Positions 44,489-54,574 are shown, counted from the first letter of the stretch. The stretch is 64,000 nucleotides of DNA from a virus (IMGVR_UViG_3300043666_000001:9483-73482), one strand, 5' to 3'. Notes: generated by a model from the letters alone, not told the origin. Program-made: numbers and translations.

Positions 44489-44842
44489 TCACTTCACCTC
44501 TTCAACCTTAATTCCCGCTGCACAAGCTTGTCTTATCATATCAGCGGTGCCACGTCCCCCGGGGAATGCAATGACTAAATCGGGTTTGCCCTCAACAATC
44601 ATCTGCGTATTTCTCACAGGTCCAGCCCGTTTTCCATACTTTTTCCACTCAGCTGGGTAGAGCTCACATTTCACATTATGCTTCATGGCCCATTGCAATG
44701 CACAACTATCAATCCCATTAGCGCCGCCGGTGATGAGGATGAAAGGGGCGAGATTGTTGGTCTGGACCCATCTGATTGATAGCTCCCTACCTACGCCCTC
44801 ATGGTCCCAGTTATCCCGACCTCCACACACTAGCACTCTCAT
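44489..44842 (-). CDS. SLOG-superfamily protein (DUF2493/YspA-like)
   Basis: VLVCGGRD, GGANGID, WKKYGKRAGPVRN, AFPGGRGTADM. Confidence 0.9.
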   Translation of the reverse strand: MRVLVCGGRDNWDHEGVGRELSIRWVQTNNLAPFILITGGANGIDSCALQWAMKHNVKCELYPAEWKKYGKRAGPVRNTQMIVEGKPDLVIAFPGGRGTADMIRQACAAGIKVEEVK

Positions 44843-45687
44843 GGTAAGGAAATAATCCCAATCTTGGTCCCTTTTCCTCCCTCAGGGTCACCAACACAGT
44901 ACTCAAATGCAATAAGCTTGCCGTTGGGGGAGAAACATGGTGCTCCAGCGTAGCTACCCTTCTCTACCGCGGTGGTTTTAGTAACCACATGGGTATTCAT
45001 ATCCACAATAAACACCGTGGAGTGGTCTAGGGAGTTCCCATCACCACTATAGACCAGTTGGGCACCATCCTTGCTAAAACTTGCATCTGTGGCCTCTCCT
45101 GGCCCAGTAATGACCTTGCTCAAGCCAGTGCCATCCGGCAAGACGGTCCACAACCCATTCCCCTCAATTTGAAACACAATGTGGTTATAGGTGGGGGACC
45201 AATTAGGCTGTTTGGCATCCATCCTGCTATCAGTCAATCTTGTGTGAGTAACCCCATCAATATCAACAACGAAAATCCCACCATTACCCACACCATCTTT
45301 ACCATGTCCCTCATATGCAAGAAAATCACCAGTGGGGGAGAAGCTTGGCTCCCATGCCACCGCGTTGGCAAGATGAGTCACCTGGCGACGTGCACCCCAT
45401 GGGTCACTCACCCAAATCTGGTCACCTTTATCACCAATATCACTGCTACAGCAGAAAAGGTCATTACTTGCGCTCCAACAAGATAACCCAGGGAGGTTGA
45501 CACTCTGGGCATCTGCGCTGACAGCGAGTCCCACATTGCTACCATCTAGATTGCATACTGCAATATCACTCCTGCCAATGTTGTACCCACCACGGAACCT
45601 GGTGAATACCAGTTGTGTTCCATCTGGGGAGAATGCAGGGTTTTGGAGACTGCCGGTGAGGTTGATATTGGGGTTAGTCATGGTCAT
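44839..45687 (-). CDS. TolB-like PD40-repeat beta-propeller
   Basis: Repeated PAFSPDG, PSFSPTG, PNWSP, SFSKDG, PCFSPNG; no signal peptide. Confidence 0.9.
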   Translation of the reverse strand: MTMTNPNINLTGSLQNPAFSPDGTQLVFTRFRGGYNIGRSDIAVCNLDGSNVGLAVSADAQSVNLPGLSCWSASNDLFCCSSDIGDKGDQIWVSDPWGARRQVTHLANAVAWEPSFSPTGDFLAYEGHGKDGVGNGGIFVVDIDGVTHTRLTDSRMDAKQPNWSPTYNHIVFQIEGNGLWTVLPDGTGLSKVITGPGEATDASFSKDGAQLVYSGDGNSLDHSTVFIVDMNTHVVTKTTAVEKGSYAGAPCFSPNGKLIAFEYCVGDPEGGKGTKIGIISLP

Positions 45688-45797
45688 ACTTCGTAATGGC
45701 TTTTGGTTTGGTCAAGCCAGTCATGGATTTTCTGATAATCCTCAATCTTGCCACCCCAAGTCTTGACACTGTTCTTTCCATGAAGCCAAGGTTTCAA
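45684..45797 (-). pseudogene. truncated DUF6915-like gene
   Basis: MKPWLHGKNSVKTWGGKIEDYQKIHDWLDQTKSHYEV*; family assignment from memory of the N-terminal motif. Confidence 0.5.
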
Positions 45798-45855
45798 AGT
45801 CCCAACCCCTTCTCGATGCGCGAGTCAATCACCTCTTCCATAGTCGCTATCTTTC

Positions 45856-46167
45856 TCACGGGTCCTCCAGGATGCCTTCAATAGGCGCGGACGGTAGGGT
45901 GGGGAGTTCCTCGACGGTCGGAGGTGGCTCATGGGGATGAGCTCCAGCTATCTCCACCGGCAAGCCTGCGACCATGAACTCGTTCGCGAAGTACAGAAAT
46001 TCCTCAATGCTCTGTTGCGTCCCAGAGAAGCGAATCTCTACCGTGGCGGGGAGATGTTGGATACGGCTGATGGGGTCACCAAGGTAGCTGATACCGAAAC
46101 CAAAATGGTCCACACGAGGTATCTGAATCGAGTCGATAAGCACCAGGTTCTCCACGAGCTTACTCAT
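45856..46167 (-). CDS. hypothetical protein
   Basis: Start moved to ATG 46167, overlapping the upstream gene end. Confidence 0.55.
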   Translation of the reverse strand: MSKLVENLVLIDSIQIPRVDHFGFGISYLGDPISRIQHLPATVEIRFSGTQQSIEEFLYFANEFMVAGLPVEIAGAHPHEPPPTVEELPTLPSAPIEGILEDP

Positions 46168-46480
46168 CCCCCATCCCCAGCAACTCCCTCGCGATGTTGC
46201 GTAACACATCAACTCCAGCAAGATAGCTGTATTTTCGCATCAGTAATGCCTCTGGTGTCACTACTTGAGGGTCCCACATACCCTCAAACCCATAACAACT
46301 ACAGTGGCTTGCACTGACCTCATAAAGCACACCTTTCTTGAGAAATAGCACCTCTGCGCTGCCTTCCCATTTCCCCTCATCACATTTCGCGAGGATGACT
46401 TTGCACCCCTTTAGAACAATTGGGTCACAATCGAATGTCTTGAAAATCCACTCGTAGTCTTTTTTGGCTAGGTATTTCAT
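46160..46480 (-). CDS. conserved phage hypothetical protein
   Basis: WEGSAEVLF...LYEVSASHCSCYGFEG; ATGA overlap. Confidence 0.65.
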   Translation of the reverse strand: MKYLAKKDYEWIFKTFDCDPIVLKGCKVILAKCDEGKWEGSAEVLFLKKGVLYEVSASHCSCYGFEGMWDPQVVTPEALLMRKYSYLAGVDVLRNIARELLGMGDE

Positions 46481-47364
46481 CGTTGACATACTGGACACCA
46501 AAACATGTTTCGTCCAGCTTTATCTTTTTCTTTAATGAGGGAATGCCTTAGTGGGCAATGGGTTTTCCCATAGACGTTTAGATGGTATTGGAATCTGCCC
46601 ATCTCACCATCAGGATTGCGCCAAGTGTGAATGGTACAGCCCCCAGCTGAATATGCTGCATGGGCGGTGCTCGAGATAGATTTAAACAGCCTTTCAAGCT
46701 GAAAGCTACTCAGCTTAGGATAGGTGGTCGAAGGACGTATCTCGGCGCGGTAGAGAATCTCTGATGCTAGGTAATTTCCAATACCACTGATGATGGATTG
46801 GTCCATTATTAGCTCCCGGATGGTCTTCCAATCCCGCCGGGTCTTCAGCTTATTACTAGCGCGATTGTTGAATGAAGTCCACAGGTCTTCCCAGCATGAG
46901 GTCAAGACATCAGCGCCAAGGTTTCGCAGTTTCTCTCCGTGCCCCTCACAATTCAACAATGCAAGTGTACCAAACTTCCTGGCGTCATAGTAGATTGAGC
47001 TTTCACCACCTTGTGTGGTTATCTCCCACGCATCATGGGGCAAATGCACCACACTCTCATGATTCCTACGCCACCCACCACTCATGCCATGAGTTATATG
47101 TAGGTATCTATCCACTACTGCACGCATTGGGGCAACCTGGCTTGCGTGGAGATAAAACCACATAAGCTTACCCTTGGTGCCAACCTCAACTATCCGGAAA
47201 TTACGGATAGTTGTAACTAGGTCGCGTAAGGAATAGTTGAGGGGGTCTAAGCCATTCAAATCATAGCGACTATGTGGGTGAAACACCATAGAGGACAGTG
47301 ATTTGCCGACCAATCTCTCCCTTAGCCATTGGGCATTTATAGCAATCTCATCAACCTCAGGCAT
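46477..47364 (-). CDS. mutM: Fpg/Nei-family DNA glycosylase/AP lyase
   Basis: N-terminal MPEV, GKLMW, HGMSG, H2TH MDQSIISGIGNYLASEILY, C-terminal GRNMFWCPVCQ. Confidence 0.9.
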   Translation of the reverse strand: MPEVDEIAINAQWLRERLVGKSLSSMVFHPHSRYDLNGLDPLNYSLRDLVTTIRNFRIVEVGTKGKLMWFYLHASQVAPMRAVVDRYLHITHGMSGGWRRNHESVVHLPHDAWEITTQGGESSIYYDARKFGTLALLNCEGHGEKLRNLGADVLTSCWEDLWTSFNNRASNKLKTRRDWKTIRELIMDQSIISGIGNYLASEILYRAEIRPSTTYPKLSSFQLERLFKSISSTAHAAYSAGGCTIHTWRNPDGEMGRFQYHLNVYGKTHCPLRHSLIKEKDKAGRNMFWCPVCQR

Positions 47365-47578
47365 GACACTTCCCTCTATGCCAAGTGTTCAAGACGCACC
47401 ATTCCCCACCATCAAGGTAGTAACCACACCTCGAGGGACTCCGACAACTGCGACATCGATACTCAGGCACAATCGGATAACACCCCGCATAACAAGCCCA
47501 ACTATCACATCCCACGCAGTAATGGGATGCACGGGTTTTGCCACACTGCTCACACTCATATGGTCCAGGGTTACTCAT
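47357..47578 (-). CDS. Cys-rich zinc-finger protein
   Basis: Multiple CxxC. Confidence 0.6.
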   Translation of the reverse strand: MSNPGPYECEQCGKTRASHYCVGCDSWACYAGCYPIVPEYRCRSCRSPSRCGYYLDGGEWCVLNTWHRGKCHA

Positions 47579-47795
47579 CTACCTTTCCCTCATCATAGAT
47601 GGAGCACTTGCTATCGTAAAGGCAGGTGACACAGATTGCATCACCACACTCCTCACACTCACGATACACAGTCTCACTGGTGTTATTGCAGTGTTCACAA
47701 TAATCACCATTCTCAATGATGTCTATCTTGCGATTCGCTTGACGAAGGAGTGACTCTGCCTTTAGAGCCCTTGCTTTCCAATTCTCTCTAGTCAT
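47571..47795 (-). CDS. zinc-finger protein
   Basis: Three CxxC pairs. Confidence 0.6.
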   Translation of the reverse strand: MTRENWKARALKAESLLRQANRKIDIIENGDYCEHCNNTSETVYRECEECGDAICVTCLYDSKCSIYDEGKVDE

Positions 47796-48007
47796 TACTC
47801 TTGCCTCGAGGTGTATCTGAACCTAAAGGGCAACTCATTCGAGTCACACGCTTCTACCATTATATATATGAAGCCATCATGTCCAGAAAAAGGAACCAAT
47901 CCATATTGGTGCATTCTCCACTCCCTAGTGGCATTTACCGGAGAATCTGCCAAGATTTGGATTGGCACTGGAGGATATGTGTAGTCTTGCCACACGTTGT
48001 ATTTCAC
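47795..48007 (-). CDS. hypothetical protein
   Basis: Overlapping start and stop. Confidence 0.55.
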   Translation of the reverse strand: MKYNVWQDYTYPPVPIQILADSPVNATREWRMHQYGLVPFSGHDGFIYIMVEACDSNELPFRFRYTSRQE

Positions 48008-49014
48008 TCCTCACCCACCATTTTAATATAGAATGCCCGGTAGCGATAGAAGTCTTCGCTGACATTGTTCCAAGAGCGAGGTTTTGTGAGCTGCTGGACC
48101 TTATCAAGCACTTCTTGATAGCTGGGGGTACCAGGCATTCCAAGGATGTGAGACACCTCCCAAAACCGCCTGTACCAGTCATCAGCCCATGCCTTGTTGG
48201 TCTTGAGGTTCGATTCAAGGATATGTACCTGAGCAGCAAACTCATCACGTTTTGCGATGGCTTCATTATCTATCCACTTTTTAGCCTCAGCTTCGGCCTC
48301 TTCTTGATTCTTTAGGGCAGAGGAATAGTTAGCGCTGAGGTTATTAACCTTCTTCTGGAGCTCAATGTTCTCTTTCTCAGTCTGCGCCAATGTGTGTTTG
48401 ACCTCCTCTAATGCACGAGAAATGCCAACACCACTCAATGCCTCACCATTTTTCACATCATTCTTGATGGAATTTAGCTCAGCCTTTGCTTTATATGCCT
48501 CATCCTCAAGTTCCTCTATCTTGAGGTTTTTAGCTAGGATAGAAGCCTCCAGTTCAGCAATTCGCGCAAGATGACCCTCATATACCTCTTGCTGAATACT
48601 GGATTTTAGCACCTTCACCTCCTCCAGGAGGGCATGCTTTTCCACATCCAACATTGCAATGCTCTTATCTTGAGCTGCCCGCAAAGTGCGCAAGGATTCA
48701 AGCTCAGCCATAATCACCTTTGCCCAACTAAGCACCTCGCTTGCTGAATTGGTAAAGATACCGGGGCGCAACACCTTCCCAAGTTCCCAGAATTTCTCAT
48801 GGAACTCCGCGCGCCAGAGAAGGTCTCTATTGCTCCTTTCAAGGTCATAAACCTGGTTTACAATTTCCTGCAGTTCTTTATTTAGACTCATGTTTTCTTC
48901 CTTTACCTGAGGCCAGTATGTATCTTTGGCACACTCTTGGCATATCTTATTGGAGATCCAAATGTCCGACATCCCACAAAAATAGTTGATGCAATAACCA
49001 TTGCTATTCTTCAT
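48004..49014 (-). CDS. long coiled-coil protein
   Basis: Extended heptad repeats. Confidence 0.7.
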   Translation of the reverse strand: MKNSNGYCINYFCGMSDIWISNKICQECAKDTYWPQVKEENMSLNKELQEIVNQVYDLERSNRDLLWRAEFHEKFWELGKVLRPGIFTNSASEVLSWAKVIMAELESLRTLRAAQDKSIAMLDVEKHALLEEVKVLKSSIQQEVYEGHLARIAELEASILAKNLKIEELEDEAYKAKAELNSIKNDVKNGEALSGVGISRALEEVKHTLAQTEKENIELQKKVNNLSANYSSALKNQEEAEAEAKKWIDNEAIAKRDEFAAQVHILESNLKTNKAWADDWYRRFWEVSHILGMPGTPSYQEVLDKVQQLTKPRSWNNVSEDFYRYRAFYIKMVGEE

Positions 49015-49017
49015 ATC

Positions 49018-50151
49018 TCACATCCATGCGGATGGTGGGCAAAACTCAATAAGTTTATCAATTGGTAGACTATTAACCCAATCTCTAGCAGAGGCAACCT
49101 TTTTCCCATGCTTAGCAAATAGGAATGCCGGATATTTGGTCAATACTGCTTGAGCGGCGAACTCCTTTTGCGTATCAGGAGTGTAGTTTATCATGATGTA
49201 CTCATAGAGAAAGTCAAGTTCCTCGATAAGCCCGTCCAGGCATTTCCTGGCTTTAGCCACACTGTCGGCAAACTCAGGGAATGCAAGGCCAACCTCGGCG
49301 GTCTCCCCCTTCCTTGCAATTTCCAGGAACGCCTTGTGGCCCAAGCCATCCTTTGCATGGTGCAAGGCCACATACCCCGGGTGCTTAATCTTGACGCGAG
49401 AGAAGGAACCATCTACAACCACATAGCCCTCATTCTGCAACCCAGAGAGAGTCTCAAAGGTTGAGATGCACTCATCAAAGCTGGAAAGGGGGAATTCCTT
49501 CACCACATCAACCCCCATGATGTCCCCCATCATCTCCACATCTACCCGCTCAATCTCCCCATAGTCGAGGCCCCACCGCACCGTTGGCTCTACCTTATTG
49601 AACACAGTTAGGAGCGTGAGTTTTGCAATATCATGTGGCACCACCACACGATTCAGTGGGCCGGTTAGTTCAAATACATAGCAAAACTCTTTCGCACGCC
49701 CTGTCAAGTCCCTATCACCCCACACACTCCAGAAATACTCCGCGAAGGTCTGTTCACCACCATTCACCACGCCACTAGCATCGGGGGTACCACTGGTCGC
49801 CACATGCCACTGTAACTTGTAGTGATAGAGCACACATAGGCTGCCATCAAGCTTCTCCTGCACCCTTGCACTCCTCCAGTTAATCTCTGGGCAATACCCC
49901 TCACCAAGATTACCAAACTTATCAAAACCCCTTGAGATTACCCTCCAGTCATCTTGCTCGTCCAAGATGACTCCTCGACATTCACGCACCATGGGGTCCA
50001 TAAACGGGCTGGTTATTTGATTGTACTTGAATAATACAAGGTTAGGGTGCCCACCATGACGCTTGGCTCGGATGCCGTACTCAGCCTCCAGTTTAGCAAT
50101 TGCCCCATCCCCATGTACACGCAAAAATCCCTGCAAAAGCATCTCGCTCAT
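49018..50151 (-). CDS. T4 Rnl1-like RNA ligase
   Basis: ECRGVIL, FDKFGN, QEKLDGS, FEL, EGYVV, RVKIK. Confidence 0.9.
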   Translation of the reverse strand: MSEMLLQGFLRVHGDGAIAKLEAEYGIRAKRHGGHPNLVLFKYNQITSPFMDPMVRECRGVILDEQDDWRVISRGFDKFGNLGEGYCPEINWRSARVQEKLDGSLCVLYHYKLQWHVATSGTPDASGVVNGGEQTFAEYFWSVWGDRDLTGRAKEFCYVFELTGPLNRVVVPHDIAKLTLLTVFNKVEPTVRWGLDYGEIERVDVEMMGDIMGVDVVKEFPLSSFDECISTFETLSGLQNEGYVVVDGSFSRVKIKHPGYVALHHAKDGLGHKAFLEIARKGETAEVGLAFPEFADSVAKARKCLDGLIEELDFLYEYIMINYTPDTQKEFAAQAVLTKYPAFLFAKHGKKVASARDWVNSLPIDKLIEFCPPSAWM

Positions 50152-50157
50152 GCAGGG

Positions 50158-50185
50158 ATAATACTACTTAAAAGATAGATGTCAA
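50158..50185 (-). promoter_or_regulatory. sigma70-type promoter, leaderless, for the RNA ligase
   Basis: TTGACA-N16-TATTAT, ATG 6 nt downstream (50151). Confidence 0.75.
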
Positions 50186-50186
50186 G

Positions 50187-50522
50187 TCACTTTTTCTTGG
50201 CTTTTGCCATCGCTACAGCTTTGAACCCATCCCTCGCCGCGTTGGAGACCTCAAGCTCATGCTTTAGGTGAGCTATCTCACTCTTCAGCTTAGCAATCTC
50301 AATCTCCTCAGGGGATTGCCTGTTTGCGGTCTCCTCTTTTTCCATCAGCCACTCAATGGCGTACGCTGCAATGGCCTCAATATCCTCCTTTTCAACGTCC
50401 TCAACATCTTGCTGAAGGATGTTGGTGATGGCAATTTTATACCATTCATCCCCCATATCCACACAATAATCCACCAACCCTTTAACTCGTTCAATAATCT
50501 CATCCATGAGATGTTCCCTCAA
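50187..50522 (-). CDS. acidic hypothetical protein
   Basis: ATGA overlap. Confidence 0.6.
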   Translation of the reverse strand: MREHLMDEIIERVKGLVDYCVDMGDEWYKIAITNILQQDVEDVEKEDIEAIAAYAIEWLMEKEETANRQSPEEIEIAKLKSEIAHLKHELEVSNAARDGFKAVAMAKAKKK

Positions 50523-53500
50523 GTATATCCCAAAAAGATACCATTTATCTCCGCTGGCTCACTGACCAATGGTACAACATTGATAGTGATATGTCCACTC
50601 ACATTCCATACCAAATATTTCCCCTGGTCGAAACTTGCTAGGTTACGTTGGTCAAGGATTACACCACTTATGGCATCCTTTATCTCAACCCTTATTTGAT
50701 TGCTGGTGCTATTCCAGGCCACAAAGTATAGCGCGAGCTGACGAAGTGACCCATCCACAATATTCATATCCATGGTTGTGGTGCCAAAGAAGAATGTGGG
50801 ATATGTGATCTGGTTGTACCACCTTGCAAGCTCACGTGTGGTGGACTCATGTGCAGGGAGCTGCAATGCACGAGCATCACTGCTGCCACTTGCCAAGAGA
50901 GTCTGTATATTTGTATGAACATCAAATATTACATTCTCACCAAGATTGTTGGTATCACCCGCGATGAAGTTGCCTCTTTTACCATAGAGTGGTTTCCATG
51001 CCCCCTGGCTGGTGGTGTCAACGCGCACATATTCACAGGTTGCAGCTAGTGGCGTCGCGAATGCCTCTTCACTTTTAGCCCCCTCACCCACCTCATTTAT
51101 AGCGGTAACCCTGTAGCTGCACATGCTCCCAACTGGGGGCTCATAATCCCTGTAGTTTGGCTTATGCAAATCATAAACCACAATGGTCTCTGCCTGCCAA
51201 TCAATCCTACGATAGACACGGTAGGAGTCTGTTACCCCAAAGGGCCCCAACCATTTCAGTTGAACAAACCCATTGTCACTTGTGGCAGTTAGATTTACTG
51301 GAATCCCCGGCCAATTAGCAGTGTCACGACTGGGGGTCCAGCGATAAAGTGGCAGTTTACTCTTATATCCACTGGACTCAAATGCTAGCAGATACTCCCC
51401 TGTACTTGTTTTGAAGCTTCGGGCACTGTCTGGGTCTGTAAAAGCAACGGTGCCATTCACCTCAGCCCCTGGACACAATCGAGTGAATGGATTCCCAGTT
51501 AGAGCATCATAGACATGGATTTGTCCAAACTCTTCCCAGAAGAATACATAATCCCCCGCGACATGAAAGCTCTTGAATGCAAATAAGCTTGGGTCATTGT
51601 TGCTCCACGCGGGTTGAGTATACCAGTTGTTATCCGTTGTGAGGTTTGGTAGGGAGACTACATACCTAGGCACAGGATTGGAGTTTTTGACCACACTCCA
51701 ATTATCATACCTCGCAAACACTGCGCCAGCGAAAAAGTTGACCTCTGTGCTGGTGTTGCCACTGAGGTACATGATGTCACTAATTGAGTCATAGCAAATT
51801 CTGTACCCATTCGCGGTGCTGCTGAATTTGTTGGTGAAGGGAGCCGGGAGGGGAGTGAACTCATACCCACTTACAAGATTGTAGATGGGGTATCCAGTTG
51901 TACCAATCCCCAGGCATGTGAGGTGCATAATACCACCAGACATAAGCCAGTAGATATCCCCATTTTGGGCCACATCATAAGCCATAGAGGGAACACTTCC
52001 CGTAGCTCCCAGTGGGCTTGGGATGTGGGTGTCCTCAGTTAATGGCTGCTCAACCCCATCTCCATTCAAGTCTAGCCACAGAACTGTCATCCCTGGGGGG
52101 CTTGCGTTGGGCACAGTGCGAAGTGCACCACACAATATACTTGTCTCCCCTAACCCCTGGTCATCAAAGCGGTAAAAGGAGATATCATTTGGGCTATTAC
52201 CCAAACTCATGAACAGAAACTTCTGACCATGTATCCGGCGCATAATGGGCTGCGCGGATTGGAAGGGGCGCGGGTCTGTTGGGTGCAGAAAGGGGTTACG
52301 AGTGAACCCCTTGTACCCCCACTCACCCCCAGGGGTTGTCTGCGTCAAGTCCAGGGTGTGATGCAGGCGCATGGAGTACAGGTCCGCGCCATCGGTGGAG
52401 GGGTCAAAGTCGGGGCACCCAAACCCATCCTCATTAGCGTGCAATTGCCAGATAAGGTTTCCTTGGGAGTCAAACTTCCTCAGGTCTGTACCAGCCTGGT
52501 CACACGCGACGTAAATACTCCCCTGTTGGTCAATCCCAACCCCCACAAGTGAATAGAACCTTTGCCATCCACCGAAGTTGGCATCGTGGATTGCCCCAGG
52601 GGTTCCCCCACTGTAAATACCAAACCTTTGCCCAAAGGTGTGATGTAGTGCTGGAGTGGAGGACAGGTTTCCATACACACGGATGTTTTGGTCAGGGCCA
52701 TTCTCAGTCACATATAGAAGGTCATTATTAGGGTCAATACACAGGCTTGTGGGCATGACCATATCTGCAATAGACTTGGTGCTATCAACCCCCAGCTTGG
52801 AGTATTTGAATACCCCAGTAGCAAGGGTGGGGGCAGTTTGGTGGAAGAATGGGCTGGTCCACCCCTCTTGAATAATCCACAGGTCCCCACGGATATCCAC
52901 GGCTATAGGCCCGGGGCGCTGTTGAGTGAAACTAAATGCCCTCCCGGGCAATTCTGCATCAGTGTTGGTATCAACAACCAACACGCGGTTGTTGCTTAGG
53001 TCACTTATATATAGCTCATGAGTTGCGGTGGCACTCAACGCCATGCCAGTGATATTGGTACCAATGGTGTTAGTGAACGTTACGTTCTTTATCCAGTTCC
53101 CCTGTTTATCGACCTTGCTTAGCCGCTTGTTCCCTACAACCCCGCACCAAACATAGCTATAGCTGGAGTTGCCCACAACCCCACCCTCAACGGTTGGGTT
53201 ATTCCCAAAATGGTCGTTATCCGAAAGGGTGCGGACTATGCGACCATCCTTGTAGATTTTGCAAGCATCACCATTCTCGTCATAGCTTGCTCCCGTCCAA
53301 CAGGTGCCATCCAAATCAACCCATAGGCACTGGATGTAGAGGGAGACGTGACCATCGTCAAAAAGCCCGTCACTGCCCGCTGAGGCCTGGGAAAAGGTAT
53401 TCCCAACCCAGGTGGTGAGCATCCCCGGTTCACGTGGTTCCCCGATGTAGATGTTGTCAAACACGGCGGTGGAGAGAGTGTCTTGGGTATTGCTGGTTAC

Positions 53501-54100
53501 ATACATGCCCGCATATACCACCCCGGGCATGTTGAATTTACTCCCAAGTGGAATTGGAATCCAAATGCTCCCATCCCTGCTCCAGTATGCGCCTACATCA
53601 CCCCCGATACGGGACAGTTTAAACCAAAGTGGATTTGGCTCTGGGTTTGGTTGTGCACTAGCGATGCGCGCAAGGGACCTTTGCCCTACACCAAGATATC
53701 CACCAACGGTCCGGCATAGACCTTGAATAACTCCACGTTTTGGAGTGTTATTATCTGACTGAGGGGAGTAGTAAACCGTCACACTCCGAGGGGATGGGCC
53801 CAAATCCTCCCTCACACTTACTCCAACTTGAGTCAAGGCACCCATGGTATACGCGTTAGGAACCCTGCACACCATCTCAAAATCACCAATAAATGGGCGA
53901 TGGATGTACTGAAACTGGTCCTCACTGTAGTCATTCGCGTTGGGGCCATGGAACCTACTAACCTGTCCAATCCCACTACCTGTGATGTTGACACTGGCTG
54001 GGGGACCGTCAAAAGTATAGGTCCCCATAAGACTTGGGGCTCCGACCTGTGTCTGCAGCCACTCTTGTGGCTGGAATGTATCAACTGGCAATTGTGGCAT
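50519..54100 (-). CDS. 1193-aa multidomain protein: ConA/DUF1349-like domain, NHL-type beta-propeller, FN3, C-terminal beta-domain
   Basis: WFKLSRIGGDVGAYWSRDG...VYAGMYVTS; LYISDLSNNRVLV, PGPIAVD; PVNLTAT...YRVTAINEVGEG. Confidence 0.8.
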   Translation of the reverse strand: MPQLPVDTFQPQEWLQTQVGAPSLMGTYTFDGPPASVNITGSGIGQVSRFHGPNANDYSEDQFQYIHRPFIGDFEMVCRVPNAYTMGALTQVGVSVREDLGPSPRSVTVYYSPQSDNNTPKRGVIQGLCRTVGGYLGVGQRSLARIASAQPNPEPNPLWFKLSRIGGDVGAYWSRDGSIWIPIPLGSKFNMPGVVYAGMYVTSNTQDTLSTAVFDNIYIGEPREPGMLTTWVGNTFSQASAGSDGLFDDGHVSLYIQCLWVDLDGTCWTGASYDENGDACKIYKDGRIVRTLSDNDHFGNNPTVEGGVVGNSSYSYVWCGVVGNKRLSKVDKQGNWIKNVTFTNTIGTNITGMALSATATHELYISDLSNNRVLVVDTNTDAELPGRAFSFTQQRPGPIAVDIRGDLWIIQEGWTSPFFHQTAPTLATGVFKYSKLGVDSTKSIADMVMPTSLCIDPNNDLLYVTENGPDQNIRVYGNLSSTPALHHTFGQRFGIYSGGTPGAIHDANFGGWQRFYSLVGVGIDQQGSIYVACDQAGTDLRKFDSQGNLIWQLHANEDGFGCPDFDPSTDGADLYSMRLHHTLDLTQTTPGGEWGYKGFTRNPFLHPTDPRPFQSAQPIMRRIHGQKFLFMSLGNSPNDISFYRFDDQGLGETSILCGALRTVPNASPPGMTVLWLDLNGDGVEQPLTEDTHIPSPLGATGSVPSMAYDVAQNGDIYWLMSGGIMHLTCLGIGTTGYPIYNLVSGYEFTPLPAPFTNKFSSTANGYRICYDSISDIMYLSGNTSTEVNFFAGAVFARYDNWSVVKNSNPVPRYVVSLPNLTTDNNWYTQPAWSNNDPSLFAFKSFHVAGDYVFFWEEFGQIHVYDALTGNPFTRLCPGAEVNGTVAFTDPDSARSFKTSTGEYLLAFESSGYKSKLPLYRWTPSRDTANWPGIPVNLTATSDNGFVQLKWLGPFGVTDSYRVYRRIDWQAETIVVYDLHKPNYRDYEPPVGSMCSYRVTAINEVGEGAKSEEAFATPLAATCEYVRVDTTSQGAWKPLYGKRGNFIAGDTNNLGENVIFDVHTNIQTLLASGSSDARALQLPAHESTTRELARWYNQITYPTFFFGTTTMDMNIVDGSLRQLALYFVAWNSTSNQIRVEIKDAISGVILDQRNLASFDQGKYLVWNVSGHITINVVPLVSEPAEINGIFLGYT

Positions 54101-54103
54101 AAT

Positions 54104-54574
54104 CTAAGTCCTTATTTTTCCAAGGTATTCAAAAGAGACAGAATCATTATCAGAGAATTCTAACCGAGTGAGTCTTCCACCCTTATATTGTAAGTCTAGA
54201 TGTGACTCGTGTGGGTGAATTATATTTAAGTCAAGGTCACGCCATTCTAGCAATTCTTTTATGGGAGGGTGTGGGGATACAATAAATTCAAATCCATAGA
54301 CAAATACATATTGTATAGTGTCTTCAATCCCATCTCGAGACCACTTCCCGTCACGGCCCACAGGGGCTAGAAGCCACCCATTCATTGCAATGAATACATC
54401 TGTTCTATATTCAGGCAGAATACTGGATGGCTTGGGTGTTTCAACTGGGTCAACTGGAAAGACAGTTACCCTTCCAGGAAATAACTTATCCCTTGCCTCT
54501 TTATCAAGCATCTCAGGACAACCCAATGAGTGGGTATTCACCCCCCAACACATGGAACATTTACTGTAACTCAT
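54104..54574 (-). CDS. hypothetical protein
   Basis: Start moved to ATG 54574. Confidence 0.55.
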   Translation of the reverse strand: MSYSKCSMCWGVNTHSLGCPEMLDKEARDKLFPGRVTVFPVDPVETPKPSSILPEYRTDVFIAMNGWLLAPVGRDGKWSRDGIEDTIQYVFVYGFEFIVSPHPPIKELLEWRDLDLNIIHPHESHLDLQYKGGRLTRLEFSDNDSVSFEYLGKIRT

